A DNA stretch of 64,000 nucleotides from the NCBI GenBank assembly GCA_028534125.1, contig CM052816.1, positions 37,202,001 through 37,266,000 of the forward strand. The letters are read 5' to 3'. The position numbers were made by a program, and so were the translations under genes. Source of the stretch: Lama glama. Taxonomy: Eukaryota. The notes under the pieces are model-generated. The model was not told the DNA's origin. It made no database searches and saw nothing but the letters and a program-made list of their open reading frames with translations. Shown in pieces: positions 1 through 13,149 of this stretch; positions within the stretch are counted from its first letter, which is position 1; each line of letters starts with the position of its first letter.

Positions 1-130
1 TTTACTATTAAATATGATGCCTGGATAGATTTTAGAAAATAACTTTTATCTTTTTAAAGTTCCCTTGTGGTTTTAGTGTATTAATACATATTGTCATGAA
101 AGAGTATTTGGATTTAACAAATGTTCACAT
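1..130 (-). mobile_element. Very old L1 (L1ME-like) ORF2 fragment
   Basis: Degenerate match to antisense L1 ORF2 motifs (ttactattaaatatgatg...aagttccc...gtcatgaaagagtatttggatttaacaaatg). Confidence 0.45.
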
Positions 131-477
131 CTTTTGGAAGTTTTTTTTAAACTACTTTAGCTAGTTAACATAAGTGCAAACTCAAATTTTCCATTTTGAG
201 TCATTTGTGCAATCATGGGATCAATTCAACTATATCCTATAAGTTCTCCTTTGTTCTTTTTTTACTATCTTTCTCTCGATTATAGGATGACCAGGTAACA
301 TGACTACTTCTTCATTTGAAATGATTTCCCATAAACCCAAAGAACACTTTCTTATGTTAATATGTGGACTTTTATAACAGACTTCAAATATATAAGTCAC
401 AAAGAGTGATTGTGTGAAAAATCCTATGTTGATTCTTGTCTTTCTGGGGGTTCTGCTGTTCTTTTTCAAGATACTTG

Positions 478-634
478 TTCAGCAAATGCTCAAATAGTGA
501 ATATTTTAAACTTTGAGGGCCATATAATCCCTATCTCAATTACTCAAGTCAATTGTTGCAATATGAAAGCAGCTATAGACAGTATATTAAGTGAGTGTGG
601 CTGTGTTCCAGTAAAACCTTATTATGGATGCTGA
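478..634. mobile_element. MER58 (MER58B-like) hAT-Charlie non-autonomous DNA transposon, truncated
   Basis: Characteristic core atagtgaatattttaaactttgagggccata...aaagcagctatagaca...gtgtggctgtgttccagtaaaaccttattatggatgctga; ends abruptly where L1 sequence starts. Confidence 0.8.
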
Positions 635-3600
635 ACCAATCATTGGCAGAACTGAAGGGAGAAAAAGACCACTCTGCAATAATAGTTGTAGATTTCATTA
701 CCGTACTTTCAATAATGAATAGAACCATTTACACAGAACATCAAAAGGAAATAGGGGACTTGATCAACACTATAAACCAATTACACCTAACAGACATACA
801 GAAAAATCCACAGAGCAACAGAAAAATTCATTTCAAGTGCACATTAAACATTTTCCAGGATAGGCCATATGTTAGACAATAAAACAATTCTCAATAAATT
901 TTAAAAGATTGAAATCATACAAAGTATGTTTTATGGCCACAATGGAATGAAAGTTCAAATTAACAACAGAAGGAAAACTGGAAAATATGTGGAAATTAAA
1001 CAACATTGTTTTAAAAACAATGAGTCAAAGAAGAGATCACTAGAGAAATTAGAAAACACTTTGAGATGAAAAAAACAAAATCATAGCGTACCAAAACTTA
1101 CAGGATGCAACAAAAGCAGTATTCAGGAAGAAATATATAGCTGAAAAAAGACAACAAATATTTCAGATCAATAACCTAATATTTTACCATAAGGAACTAG
1201 AAAAATAATAGTAAATTAAACCCAAAGCAAGCAGAAGGAAGTAGAAAATAAAGAGTAAACAAAATAGAGAAAATAAAAACAATGGAAAGAATTCATGAAA
1301 ACAGAATTTTTTTCAAAAGATAAACAAAATTGATAAGTCCTTAGTTAAACAGGAGAAAAAAGAGAGAATATACAATAATTAAATTCAGAAATTAATACAG
1401 AGGCATTACTATGACCCTACAAAAACAAAGGATTATAAGAAATTACTGTGACAAATTGTATATCAGAATAGATAATCTAGATGAAATAGAAAAATTCCAC
1501 AAAGAGCTAACAATCAAATTAAGCAAAGTTGCAGAGTCAGGTGTTTTCCTATATACTGTCAATGAAAACCTGAAAAGGAAATAAAGATTAAAAATTTCAT
1601 TTAAAATAGCATCTAAAATAGAAATAGAAAAACACACAAATTACCAAATCTGATTTAAGTAGAAAATCTAACCACATCAATTACAAGTAGAGATTAAATA
1701 ATTGAACATCTCCAAACAATGAAAAATCCAACATTAGATGACTTCACTAAGTGGTGAGTTCTAATTATAAAGAATTAACACCAATCCTACTATAATTCTT
1801 CCCAAAAAAAATAGAAGAAGAAGAGAAGGGAACACTCATTACACATTTTATGAGGCAAGAATCACTCTGATAACAAAATAATAAACTACAATCAATATTT
1901 GTCATTAATATAAATACAATAATCCTCAACAAAATTATAGCAGAACAAATTCAACAGTACATTGAAAGAATGATACATCCTAAACAAGTATGACTTATCC
2001 CAGGAAAAACAAGGGTGGTTCAACATAAGAAATCCAATCAATGTAACACACCTCACTACTAGAACCAAGGGAAAAGTCACATCATAATTTCAACAAATGG
2101 AGGAAAAAGAAATTGACAAAATTCAACACTGCTCCATTACAAAAAAAAAAAGTCAACAAACTAGGAAAAGAGGGAGCTTCCTTAATATGATAAAGGGTAT
2201 TTATCAAGAACACACAGTTGAACATCATAATTCTGAAAGATTAGAACTTTCCCCTAAGATCAGGAACAAGAAAAGGATGACCATTTTCCACCACTACTAT
2301 TCCACATTGTCCTAGAACTCTTAGCAAGAGGCAATAGTCAAATAAAGAAATAAAAGGAGACCACAGTGAGAAGAGAAAAGTAAAGCAATTTTACTCTTAA
2401 ATGATGTAATTCTGTATATAGAATATCCTATATCCCTGCCGCACCTACCAACACACACCCAAACATATACACAAACTACTAGAGCTAATAATCAAATTCA
2501 GCAAAGCTGAAGGGTCAGTTGTTTTCATATACACTTCCAATGAAAAACTGAAAAGGAAATAAAGATTAAAAATTTGATTTAAAATAGCACCCAAAAGAAT
2601 ATAGTGTTTAAGAATAAGTTTAACCAAGGAGATAAAATGCTTATACAGGAAAGTTACAAATAATTGTTGAAAACAATCCATGTTGAAAGACATCCCATGT
2701 TCACAGTTTAGAAGAATTGATATTATTAAGAGCAGTATACCCCCAAATACCTACAAATTCAATGCAAAATTCTAATGATGTTTTTTGCAGAAAAGGAAAA
2801 TCTGATCCTCACATTCATATGAAACTGCAAGGGAACTTGGTCAATCAAAACAATATTGACATGAAAAGCAGATGACTCACACTTCCTGATTTCAAACTTT
2901 AGTAAAAAGCTACTTAATCAAAGCAATGTGGTGTTGAAGTATACATAAAGACTAGTAGAATGAAATTGAGAGTCCAAAAATAAATCTATGATCCATTGAT
3001 TTTTGACAAAAGAACAAATATCATTTACTGGGGAAGGAATTGTCTCTTTAAAAAAAATATATATTTCTGGCATAACTGAATAATCACATAAAAAAAAAAA
3101 AGAAACCTCAATCTCACTCCATAGGAAAAAAACTAACTCAAATCAACAACAAAAAATATAAGAACCAAAATCATAAAACTATTAGAAGACACTGTAGTGG
3201 TAGGTTTTATGATCTAGAATTTGGCAAGGAGTTTTTAGATTTGACACCAAAACCATAAAGAACCAAAGGAAAAATAAGTTAGACTTCATAAAAACTAAAC
3301 ATTTTATACATCAAATGACATTATGAATAAAGTGAAAAGATAACTGACAGCATGGGAGAAACTAGTCTGAAATTGTTTATCTGATAAAACTTTAGTGTCC
3401 AGAATAGAGAACTCTTTCTTTTTTTTTTCTGATGATTTATAAAAGACAACCCTATTTTAAAAAGGCGTAAAGGACTTGGACAGATAATTCTCCAAAGATA
3501 TACAATTGCTAACAAGCACATGAAAAAAATGTTTTAGATCATTGGGCATTATGGAAATGCAAATCCAAATCACAATGAAATATCACTTTATACCCCCTGG

Positions 3601-4305
3601 AATGCCTTTAATCAAAAAGTTGAATGTAAACAAGGATGTAAAGAAACAGCAATCCCAGTGCATTGCTGGTGAGAATGTAAAACGAAGCAGCCACTGTGGA
3701 ACATTTTGGTGGTTTCTCAAAAAGTTAAACATAGAAATAACATATAACAGCAATCCCACTCCAGGATTTATACTCAAGAAAAATGAGAACAAATGTCCAC
3801 ACTGAAACTTGTACAGTAATGTTTGCAGCAGCATTATTCACAATAGCCAAAAGGTGGAAACAATGCTTGGCAATTGATGGCTGGATAAATGAATTGTGAT
3901 ATCTATCTGTGGTATTTAGACAGTGGAATATTATTCAGCCAAAACAAGGAACAAAGTATTGATACAAGCTACAACAAGGATGAAAAACGAAAACCTTTGT
4001 TAAGTGAAAGAATCTAGACACAGAAAGTCACATACTGTGTTGTTCTTTTATTCGATATATTCAAAATAGGCAAATCCAGAGAGACTGAAAGCTGATTAGA
4101 GGTTACCAGGGATAGGCAGAAAGGGAAATGAGAAGTGATTACTTATTGAGTACAGGGTGTTTTTCTGAGGTAATGACAAGTTTTGAAACTCGAGAGAAGT
4201 AGTGGTTACACAACATTGTGAATGTACAAATGTCATGAAATGTACTAAATGTACAATTTGAAATGGTTAATTGTATGCTTTTAAAGTTTTACTTTAATAA
4301 AAAAT
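635..4305 (+). mobile_element. 5'-truncated, decayed LINE-1 (L1MB-like): ORF2 remnants plus 3' UTR
   Basis: ORF 595-882 has endonuclease-like text (IIVVDFITVLSIMNR...DLINTINQLHLTDI); RT and C-terminal motifs follow (GMQIQITMKYHF, SSHCG); A-rich strand; L1MB-type 3' UTR ending ttaataaaaaa near 4300; many stops and frameshifts. Confidence 0.93.
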
Positions 4306-5659
4306 TACTAATGAAAATCAAAAGATTAATCTAAATATGTTAAAACAAGTTATAAATAAAATGAGTTAATATTTTCATGCCAAATCAAGTGGAACAGTCT
4401 ATAGTATTGGTAACAGTAATGGCAGATGAAATAAAATTGGGGGGAAAGATTAATTAAAATGATGAAGAAGGATGTGAAGAAGGATACAGCAGTCATCACA
4501 GTTTTGAGCTTATGCCTCAAATGACCTATTATCAAAATAAATCACCAGTTTTAACAAGAAATAACAATAAGTATACAGTTTAGTACAAAATAAGAGAGTA
4601 TTTAATTCATACAAATCAAATAGTTTGTGAAATATCTTTTATGTAAAAGAAAAAAATTTACTCATTATTTAAGGGGAAAATAAAGTAAGAAAAATGATCT
4701 CAAAGGACATCTGGACACATAAATTAGTGAATTATTTTAAACTTTAAATGAAATTCTATTACTATATTATATTAAAATATGCATAATTAGGTACACTATA
4801 TTATGAAGGGTTTTTAATGCTAACACTTGGCACAGATTCCTTACATAGAAAATAAACATGTGAGCAAATCTTACATACCAGCAGATGCAGAAAATTTTAT
4901 TTTAAAAGTCTATTATATTATCCTCATTCATAAAAGGACTTTTATAGCCATACTAGGAATAGTATTAAGTTATAAAATAGATTAATAAATTAAATCTATC
5001 AATTAAATAGAATACAACAAAAATGGATTTCATCCTATACATGCTATGGACATTTTCATTCATCTCAAATTTTGTGTCTCCAGTGTGAGCTTCTGACTTC
5101 TGGGGCACTTTTCCAAAACTTAAGTGTAATTCTATGATTATTTTCATATAGTTAGTCTACATATGTTATTAATAATATTCCATAAAACTTTATTTTTATT
5201 GTTTCTCATTTAATATTGATTGAATATTAATAGTATTAACTTTCTAATATTTGTTGTATCTGGTCAATTTACTGAACATTCAGTACATCCTATGATCTTT
5301 GTAATTTAATCATTTCTTTTTTTATTGTTATTCAATTGAAACACCAAGATAGACTACATCTGTATTCTTAGAATGACTGAATGCTATAATTCTATTTCAT
5401 TATTGTTAAATTGTCTCTATTTCCAGAATAATTTTATGTAATATTGAGATAATATGAATTCCAATGCTTGGTGATTATGTGAATGCTTGTAATGTTTCAC
5501 TATTTAGCTATTAATTTAAGATGGACATACTTCTTTTCTCAGTTTATCAGTACTCTGTGCAGGAATTTATTCAATAACTATTCAGAACATTTTAAATTAA
5601 TTTTGTGCTTTATTGAACTTTATGGAAATTGCAATAGTAGAAGTACATATGTGATTTCT

Positions 5660-6048
5660 TAATGTTACCTGCTGCATGAAATAAACCCCAATATTTCAGT
5701 TGATTTATACAATAGAGGTTTCTATTTTACTCTCGTAGTCATCACATATGGTTTTCTTTGTTCAGCACACAGTTTTTCTCCACATGGTGAATCAGAGATC
5801 CAGTATCCTTGCACTGTATGCTTTTGCTACTTATCAGTACCTCCTAAAAGGGTTGTGCTTTAGTGCTACTGCAAGTCACTTCCACCCCATGCTTTTCAAG
5901 AGGACTATTTAAATAGTCCTACCTACATTCAAAGGAGACAGGGAACAGGGTAGGATTGGAAAACGTAGTCCCTGAATGGACAGTATCTTTTCTGCAGCAA
6001 CTCTTTATGTAAAAGTTGGAACATGAATAGCTAACCGTTATCACTACA
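5660..6048 (-). mobile_element. Old MaLR LTR (MLT1K/L-like)
   Basis: Antisense MLT1 terminal motif (gctgcatgaaataaaccccaatatttcagttgattta), internal cacatggtgaatcagagatccag, ends ...cactaca. Confidence 0.55.
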
Positions 6049-7769
6049 TGAGTGTGTACCTATAATTGCTGAGACTAAGATTAGTATCACTCACCCCTAC
6101 CTTAATCCCTCTTTCAAACAAAACATAACACAGTAGTACTGGAATATTATATTTATAACCACAATTCGTCTACTCTTTCTGTATTAATAATATTTTGTGA
6201 GATGTTCAGTGTCAGAGCAAGGACCAAACTATTAAATATACAATAAATATTTTAGTTTATATTAAATGCAGTGAATCGATGAAAAATAACATATTAGGTT
6301 ATTGAGTGACACATTACTCATTTTAAATAAACTGAATGCTAGTTCACCCTCGATGTTGATTAATCTTCATTAGACTCACATTCAAAAAGGGTTAAGACTT
6401 TTATATTAAAAACTCAATATCTATTTATTTTAACCAAAATTTTGAAAGAGTAAAATCACTTTGATTTCAATTGCTCTCTCTGTTGTAATATACTAGGAAG
6501 ATGGACCATATGTATCTGCATATAGATGAACGAAATAATTTCAGACACATCTGTGAGTCTATTGTGAACACAGAGGTAAAACTGAAGCAGTTAGATTGGC
6601 AGATTTACGGTTGAATATTTAAGACCTACCACTATGATATTTAAACAACGTAGTAGTCTTTAAACTTTTGACACAATCATCTGGCAGGCCTATTAAGAAC
6701 AGATGGTCTGAAAAATATAGACTTTGGTGAAATTTAGAAATATAAAATTTACTTTAATATCCCAAAGTACAAATTTACCTTGGGTATTAGTTGACTGAAA
6801 TGATGATACATGTAAGATCTTGATCTTAAATTAGTGGTTTTAAGAGCAAATTACTTGCACAAGAGGGAGAATTAAGACTGAAAAAACACCATTTTGGAGT
6901 TTTGTTAATAATTACAACCCAAAACTACTTGATAGGTGATTATTGATGAATAAACCATTGGATGTAATGGGGACCTAGACGCTTCACTTCTCAAGAAAAA
7001 AAGAGGGACATGAAATAGCAAACTAATATGATAAGTAACCACTATGTGTTCACACGTTTGCTAGCACTAGAGGGAAACTGAGACAAGTACTGCAATCTCT
7101 TTCATGGCTTGCCACGATTGGAAAGGATAGTAATGGAGTCTAATATCAATACTGAGAGCAGAAATTAGGGAAGTGAGGAAAGGCTGTGGTGGTCAATGAA
7201 GCCATTGTAAAGAGGGATGGAAAAGATAAGTGGGGAAAGTTTGAGAGAAAAAGGGAACTCTATGGATTTCACTTCTTCAAAGATGTAAATGAAGGAATAA
7301 TGATGGTGTGTTGCCAGATTACTTTTAGTCTGTACATTGTTGGGGAGTAATGGTCCGAAGGGAGTGTTTCGATCTATGGAAGAGTTGCACAATTTTGAAA
7401 AGTCCAATTTTTATATTTGAACTTTATTGTGAAAATAATAAGCATATTAGTTGTATAAACTTGTGAAAATATAAGTATTAATACAAAACTTATCTATCAT
7501 CACGTAAGAAATAAATAGCTAAGGTTCACAGTAATAGATACCACTTGCTAATAACATCATATTTTTATCTATTTACAGAATTGGAGTCACATTGTACCTG
7601 TGAATTTTCACATAGAACACAATATTTTTGAAATGACTACTGTTCTTTTGAAAACACTAGTCCATTGCCTGATAGCACTATAAGTTAAGATACATACATT
7701 GCACCAACATTGGTCAAGTTACTCAGAGTTGAAAACTTATAAATCAGTTTTTTTACCTGCTCTTCGAAT

Positions 7770-7851
7770 TCCTCCCTGTCTCCTTCATTCCCTCCCTCCC
7801 CCCTTACTTCTTTCCTCCCTTCCTACTTCCTTTCTTTTCTTCTTTCCTTCC
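7770..7851. repeat. Pyrimidine-rich (TTCC/CCCT) low-complexity tract
   Basis: Direct reading: cctccctcccccttacttctttcctcccttcctacttcctttcttttcttctttccttcc. Confidence 0.8.
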
Positions 7852-8160
7852 AGCTATTACATGTAATGTTAAAAGGATTATTCTTTAATTTATTTTTTTT
7901 CACTTATTTGGGTAGTCTGTGGAAAATACTTACTAGGCAAGACATCTTTCATGACAGAGGAGCTTAAGTAACAGTAGAATGACAGTGACATTTAGGATGT
8001 ATTGAAGGGAGCAAGGGTCCAGAGTTGGGGATATAAAGTGAGGTCTGAATAAGCCACAACTAGGGGTTAAGTTTGTCCTGATTCTCCTTCCCCAACCTCC
8101 TACCTGAATTTTCCATCCCATTTTCCCTCCGCATTTAATTTCAGGCTAAAGTTGCTAATT

Positions 8161-8341
8161 TTTTTTTAAACTGAGGTACAGTCAGTTTACAATGTTGTGT
8201 CAATTTCTGGTGTAGAGCACACTGCTTCAGTCATACATCAATATACATACATTCATTTTCATATTCTTTTTCACCATAAACTATTACAAGATATTGAATA
8301 TAGTTCCCTGTGCTATACAGTACAAACTTGTTTATCTGTTT
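8161..8341 (-). mobile_element. Short, young L1 3'-UTR insertion (camelid-type) with TSD
   Basis: Poly-T then ctgaggtacagtcagtttacaatgttgtgtcaatttctggtgta..., homologous to the L1 3' end at 10160-10330; flanked by taaagttgctaattt (from 8147) and taaagctgctatttt (from 8342). Confidence 0.88.
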
Positions 8342-8419
8342 TAAAGCTGCTATTTTTAAGACAAGAGTATGTACATCTACATAAAGTAAAGGAACATGGT
8401 CAACTACAAAAATAGAGGG

Positions 8420-8451
8420 AATGATGGTAATGATGATAATGATGATAATGA
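8420..8451. repeat. Imperfect (ATG/ATA)n trinucleotide microsatellite
   Basis: atgatggtaatgatgataatgatgataatg; gives the poly-Ile run in ORF 8231-8464. Confidence 0.75.
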
Positions 8452-9416
8452 GAAACCCACACATTTCAAAGGACTACGATTCTAAATGTGATAGAGCTAT
8501 TTCTAAAGATCACATAATATTTTTTATTTCCCCATATGTAGTCAGGGCATAGAACTGATTCAACTTATATTGGTGCATGTTTTTGTTTTTGTTTTAAAGA
8601 AAGCATCTTCTGTAACAGTGAAACTTGTAACACTTCTTAGGACACTTAAAATGAATCATGAAGTCCAGTACCAGAAGCTGACTGTGGAACTATTTCTTAA
8701 AAAGTTATTAGAATAATTGTACATTCACTGAATATTCACAACACAGGTATAAAACATCCATTGTCTTGACTGTGTCTTTAATCCTGGGCTGTTAATTCCA
8801 TTGCACTCTGTTAGAAGAATGCAAAGAAATATATGGGAAAGTATCTTTCTGATGCTCAGACTCAATAATTTTTATCAAACCTAACAATTCATCAGAGGCT
8901 TGAAGGGATGCCTATGGAAAAATTCCACACTTCAGCTTTTCGGATCTGTTATCTGTATCAATTTCATGCTATACCAATAATTAATCTTAAGAGTTGAGTG
9001 ATTTTTACAAAATTTTTTAAAACAAAATTGTTGAAAAATGATGTGCTCAGACATCCCCAATTCTTTGTGTAGCCCAACCAAATTTTCTATTTATTTTGCT
9101 CTTCTGTAAAATCCAGGTAACCAAAATGTATATTCAATTTTGATCTAAAGATTTATGAATAGGCAGAAGACTAGACAAGTTGTCAATGTTCCTTCCTGTC
9201 TAGAGAATCATCACTTGGAAATAGAAATAAGTAATCTTTCTCTTATTTTACATGTTGGATAATAATTTTATTGTGTCATTTTCCTGAGACCTTGATGCTT
9301 TTCTTTGCATTTATAGTTTTCACTTTCACACTTTCGCTGTTAACATTTTCCTCCTATATATTACAGGGAATACTAAGCTGTGTCAGAATACAAGACACTC
9401 TTTCCTCTTAGAACCC

Positions 9417-9640
9417 AGCATAATGTCCTCTAATTTCATCCATGTTGTCACAAATGGCAGGATTTCCTTATTTCTCATGACTGAAAAATATTCTATTTAT
9501 GGAGATGATATTGGAAATGATAGAGCTGATAAAGGGTTAATATCAAAAATATACAAAGAAATTTCACAATTCAACATCAAAATACAAAGAACCCAAATAA
9601 AAAATGGGCAGAGGGCCTAAATAGACCATATTACAAAGAT
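9417..9640. mobile_element. Rearranged L1 fragment: antisense 3' piece fused to a sense ORF2 C-terminal piece
   Basis: 9417-9498 reads as antisense L1 (agcataatgtcctctaatttcatccatgttgtcacaaatggcaggatt); about 9499-9640 reads as sense L1 (DKGLISKIYKE...KNGQR). Confidence 0.75.
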
Positions 9641-10116
9641 ATTTTATCTGTTTTATGTCAAGTGTAAATCTCCCATGGACATGATACTATTTTAGCTGAT
9701 TCTTCTTACAAGCCAATTTGCTTCACTAAATAGTTAAGAAGCATGGTTCAGATATTTAAAGTAGCAAATAGGGTTCACATTTCTGGTTTCTACTTCTAAA
9801 TGTGTAAGTTGGAAAAAAAATTTCATCTTATATCAATATTTCCTATTAAAGTTTTTGACAATAATAAACTTTTTACATTAATATCACAGCAATTATCACA
9901 TTATATTTTCAAACTCCAGTGCAATAGTACCACTTATGAGTAATCAGATAGTCACTGTTACCAAGAATGATGCTTAGAAGTTGAATTTTCTATCTTTCTG
10001 ACACTCAAAGCCCCACACTATTCCTTCAATTCATTTTACCTTGTACTAAACAAAGCTCCTTAAAACTACTTTTCTTAGTGCTTCCTATTTTACATGATAC
10101 TTAAACTTGTTTCTTT

Positions 10117-11790
10117 TTTTTCTATCTTTCTTGTGTATACATATTTATTTGTTTATTTATTGAAGTATAGTCAGTTTACAATGTATCAATTTCTGGTGTA
10201 TAGCATAATGGTTCAATCATACATGAACACATATATATTCATTTTCATATTTTTTTCACCATAAGATACTACAAGATATTAAATATATTTCCCTGTGCTA
10301 TACAGTATGAACTTGTTGTTTATCTATTTTATATATATTAGTTAGTATCTGCAAAACTCGAACTCCCGAGTTATCCCTTCCCACCCCTTCCCCCACTGGT
10401 AACCGTAAGTTTGTTTTCTACATCTGTGAGTCTGTGTCTGTTTTGCAAATAAGCTTGTCTTTTTTTTCTTCTTTTTTTAGATTCCACATTTAAGTGATAC
10501 CATATGGTATTTTTCTTACTCTTTTTGGCTTACTTCACTTAGAATGACAATCTCCAGGTCCATCCATGTTGCTGCAAATGGCATTCTTTTATTACTTTTT
10601 ATGGCTGAATAGTATTCCACTATATAAATATACCACAGCTTCTTCATCCAATCATCTGTCGATGGGCATTTAGGTTGTTTCCTTACAGTCTTGCCTACTG
10701 TAAATAGTGCTGCTATGAACATTGAGGTACATGTATCTCTTTTTGAATTAAGGTTCTCCCTGGATATATGCCCAGAAGTGGGATTGCTAGATCATATGGT
10801 AAGTCTATTTTTAGTCTTTTGAGGAATCTCCATACTGTTTTTCATAAAGGCTGCACCAAACTACATTTCCACCAGCAGTGCAGGAAGGTTCCCGTTTCTT
10901 CACAGCCTCTGCAGCATTTATCATTTTTGGACTTTTGAATGATGACCATTCTGACTGGTGAAACCTCATTGTAATTTTGATCTGCATTTCTCTGATAGTT
11001 AGCAATACTGAGCATTTTTTTTTCATGTGTATATTGGCCATTTGTATGTCTTCACTGGAGAATTGCTTGTTTAGGTCTTCTGCCCATTTTTAGGTTGGGT
11101 TTTTTTTTTTTATTAAGTTGTATGAGCTGTTTATATATTCTGGAAATTAAGCCCTTGTCAGTCACATCATTTGCGAGTATCTTCTCCCATTCCATACATT
11201 GTCATTTTGCTTTGCTTATGGTTTCCTTTGCTGTGCAAAAGCTTAAAAGTTTAATTAGGTCCCATTTGTTTATTTTTGCTATTATTTCTATTGCCTGGCT
11301 AGACTGCCCTAGGAGAACATTTCTGAGATTTATGCCAGAAAACCTTTTGCCTATGTTTTCTTCTAAGAGGTTTATCATATCTTGTCTTATGTTTAAGTCT
11401 TTAAGCCATTTTGAGTTTATTTTTGTGTATGGTGTGAAGGAGTGTTCTAACTTAATTGGTTTACATGCAGCTGTCCAGTTTTCCCAACACCATTTGCTGA
11501 AGAGACTGTCTTTACTCTTTTGTATGTTCTTGCCTCCTTCGTCAAAGATTAATTGACCAAAAGTTTGTGGGTTTATTTCTGGGCTCTCTACTCTGTTCCA
11601 TTGATCCATATGTCTGTTTTTGTACCAATACCATGCTGTTTTGATTACTGTAGCTCTGTAGTATACAAAAATCACATGATCATCTTAATAGTTGCAGAAA
11701 AAATATTTGATAAAATTCAACTTCCATTTATGATAAAAACTCTAACCAAAGTCAGTATAGAGGGAACATATCTCATCATAATGACAGCTA
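10117..11790 (-). mobile_element. Young 5'-truncated L1 with 5' inversion and TSD
   Basis: Antisense 3' UTR and ORF2 C-terminus ([47 protein letters not shown]) to about 11665, then sense RT segment ([26 protein letters not shown]) to 11790; TSD ttaaacttgtttcttt 10101-10116 and ttaaccttatttcttt 11791-11806. Confidence 0.95.
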
Positions 11791-11989
11791 TTAACCTTAT
11801 TTCTTTGTCAGTTCAATCAAGTAAAAAGTATTGTGTCTCTAATGTGTGTGATGCAGTGCTGGATATGTACGATACAAATATGAATAAGGTGAATATGAAG
11901 ATAAATGAGAAACAAAATTCAGCCATAAGCTATCCCACCTTTGACATTCCTTTCTCTATGTCTAATCTTGACTCTGCACCCATCAAAAA

Positions 11990-12760
11990 ATAAATCCCCT
12001 CTGCTGCCAAAATTTTTGTCAAAATTTTGACTGGTTCAAATTCATTTCAGGATAAATTCAAGTTTCTAAGCATAGTATAGGGCTCTTGAGAGCACAGCCC
12101 CTGTTTCTGTCTTCATCCTCATCCCCTTGTATTTCACACATCACAATTTCCATGCTAAAATACAAAAGGCTAACAATTTCCTGTTCACTGTGGTCTGTTT
12201 TTGCCCCTCTGTTCATGTTCCCTCAACCCAAGAAATTTACCTTCCACCTTTTTTAGTAGTTGTATTCTCCCTATAATTCAGGAGACTTCTCCTCCAGGCA
12301 TCCTTTGTTAAACCCAGACTCAGACAGAATTTTTGCAGGTGCTCTCATAGCACTTGTGTATCTATCTACCTATCTTAGCATTAATAATTATATAGAAATT
12401 GTCCGTTAGTGTTCCTGCCTACTACTCTATACTTATGTTCCTTGAGGCCTGGAATCATTCCTTCTGCATTTTGTCCACTCCTGTCCTCTAGGTCAGTCGG
12501 CAAACTGTGTTGTATATAGGAAGACACTATGCAGCATTTCAGACTTTGTGGCCCCCCAATCTCTGTCACATCTACTCAGCTCTGCTGTTGGAGCATCAGA
12601 GCAGCTATAGGCAACAAGTAAATGAAGGAACACGATTATGTCCAATAAAATTTTCCTTACTGAAACAAGCTTACTGGCCCCAGGTTGCTGACCCTTGCAT
12701 TACCAGTGTGCTAAGAATGTAGTGCCAGGTAAATGTTGAGTGAGTGAAAGAATGAATGTG
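11990..12760 (+). mobile_element. L2 (LINE-2) 3' region, interrupted by MER58A
   Basis: L2-like motifs (caggataaattcaagtttctaagcatag, ctcatagcacttgt, gttccttgaggcctgg) and an L2 tail ...taaatgttgagtgagtgaaagaatgaatg. Confidence 0.65.
12490..12697. mobile_element. MER58A hAT-Charlie MITE
   Basis: Degenerate terminal inverted repeats (gtcggcaaac ... gttgctgacc) and core tctctgtcacatctactcagctctgctgttg...gcagctataggcaa...tccaataaaa. Confidence 0.8.
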
Positions 12761-13149
12761 CTTGAATTCTAAATAGGTAAAATGCCCAGTACCCTGTTCC
12801 TTCTGGAAGAGCCCTGTGCTATAGTGTCCCACTCCCCTAGTGATTGGTGTCTTGTCTTGGAATCCCAGAGAAATATTTGGTGCATTTTCTCTTGCTTGTG
12901 ATCATTCCTAATATCTGCTGCCTGAATGACAGTTTTCTCCTCCACATACCCTGTTCTTCTACTGCTCCTCTGCCTATCTGCTATCAAGTGTCATTGTCTC
13001 TCTGTTGCCAACATCCTCCATTGCCAGTCATTTAGCCACACCTGCCCATGTTCTCTGTGCCTGGGACTGTGATGCAGAGATGAATTAGACATGCATCTTC
13101 TCTCCCCAGGGCCATGTGTGTCAGGGAGAATTACAATGAGGTGCAAGCT

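Noticed and set aside
6480..7000. Possible CR1/L3 remnant
   Set aside because: Resemblance too faint to support without a profile search.
11095..11993. Longest ORFs in the track (146-157 aa)
   Set aside because: L1 ORF2 fragment, its antisense frame, and a chimera across the inversion junction; not host genes.
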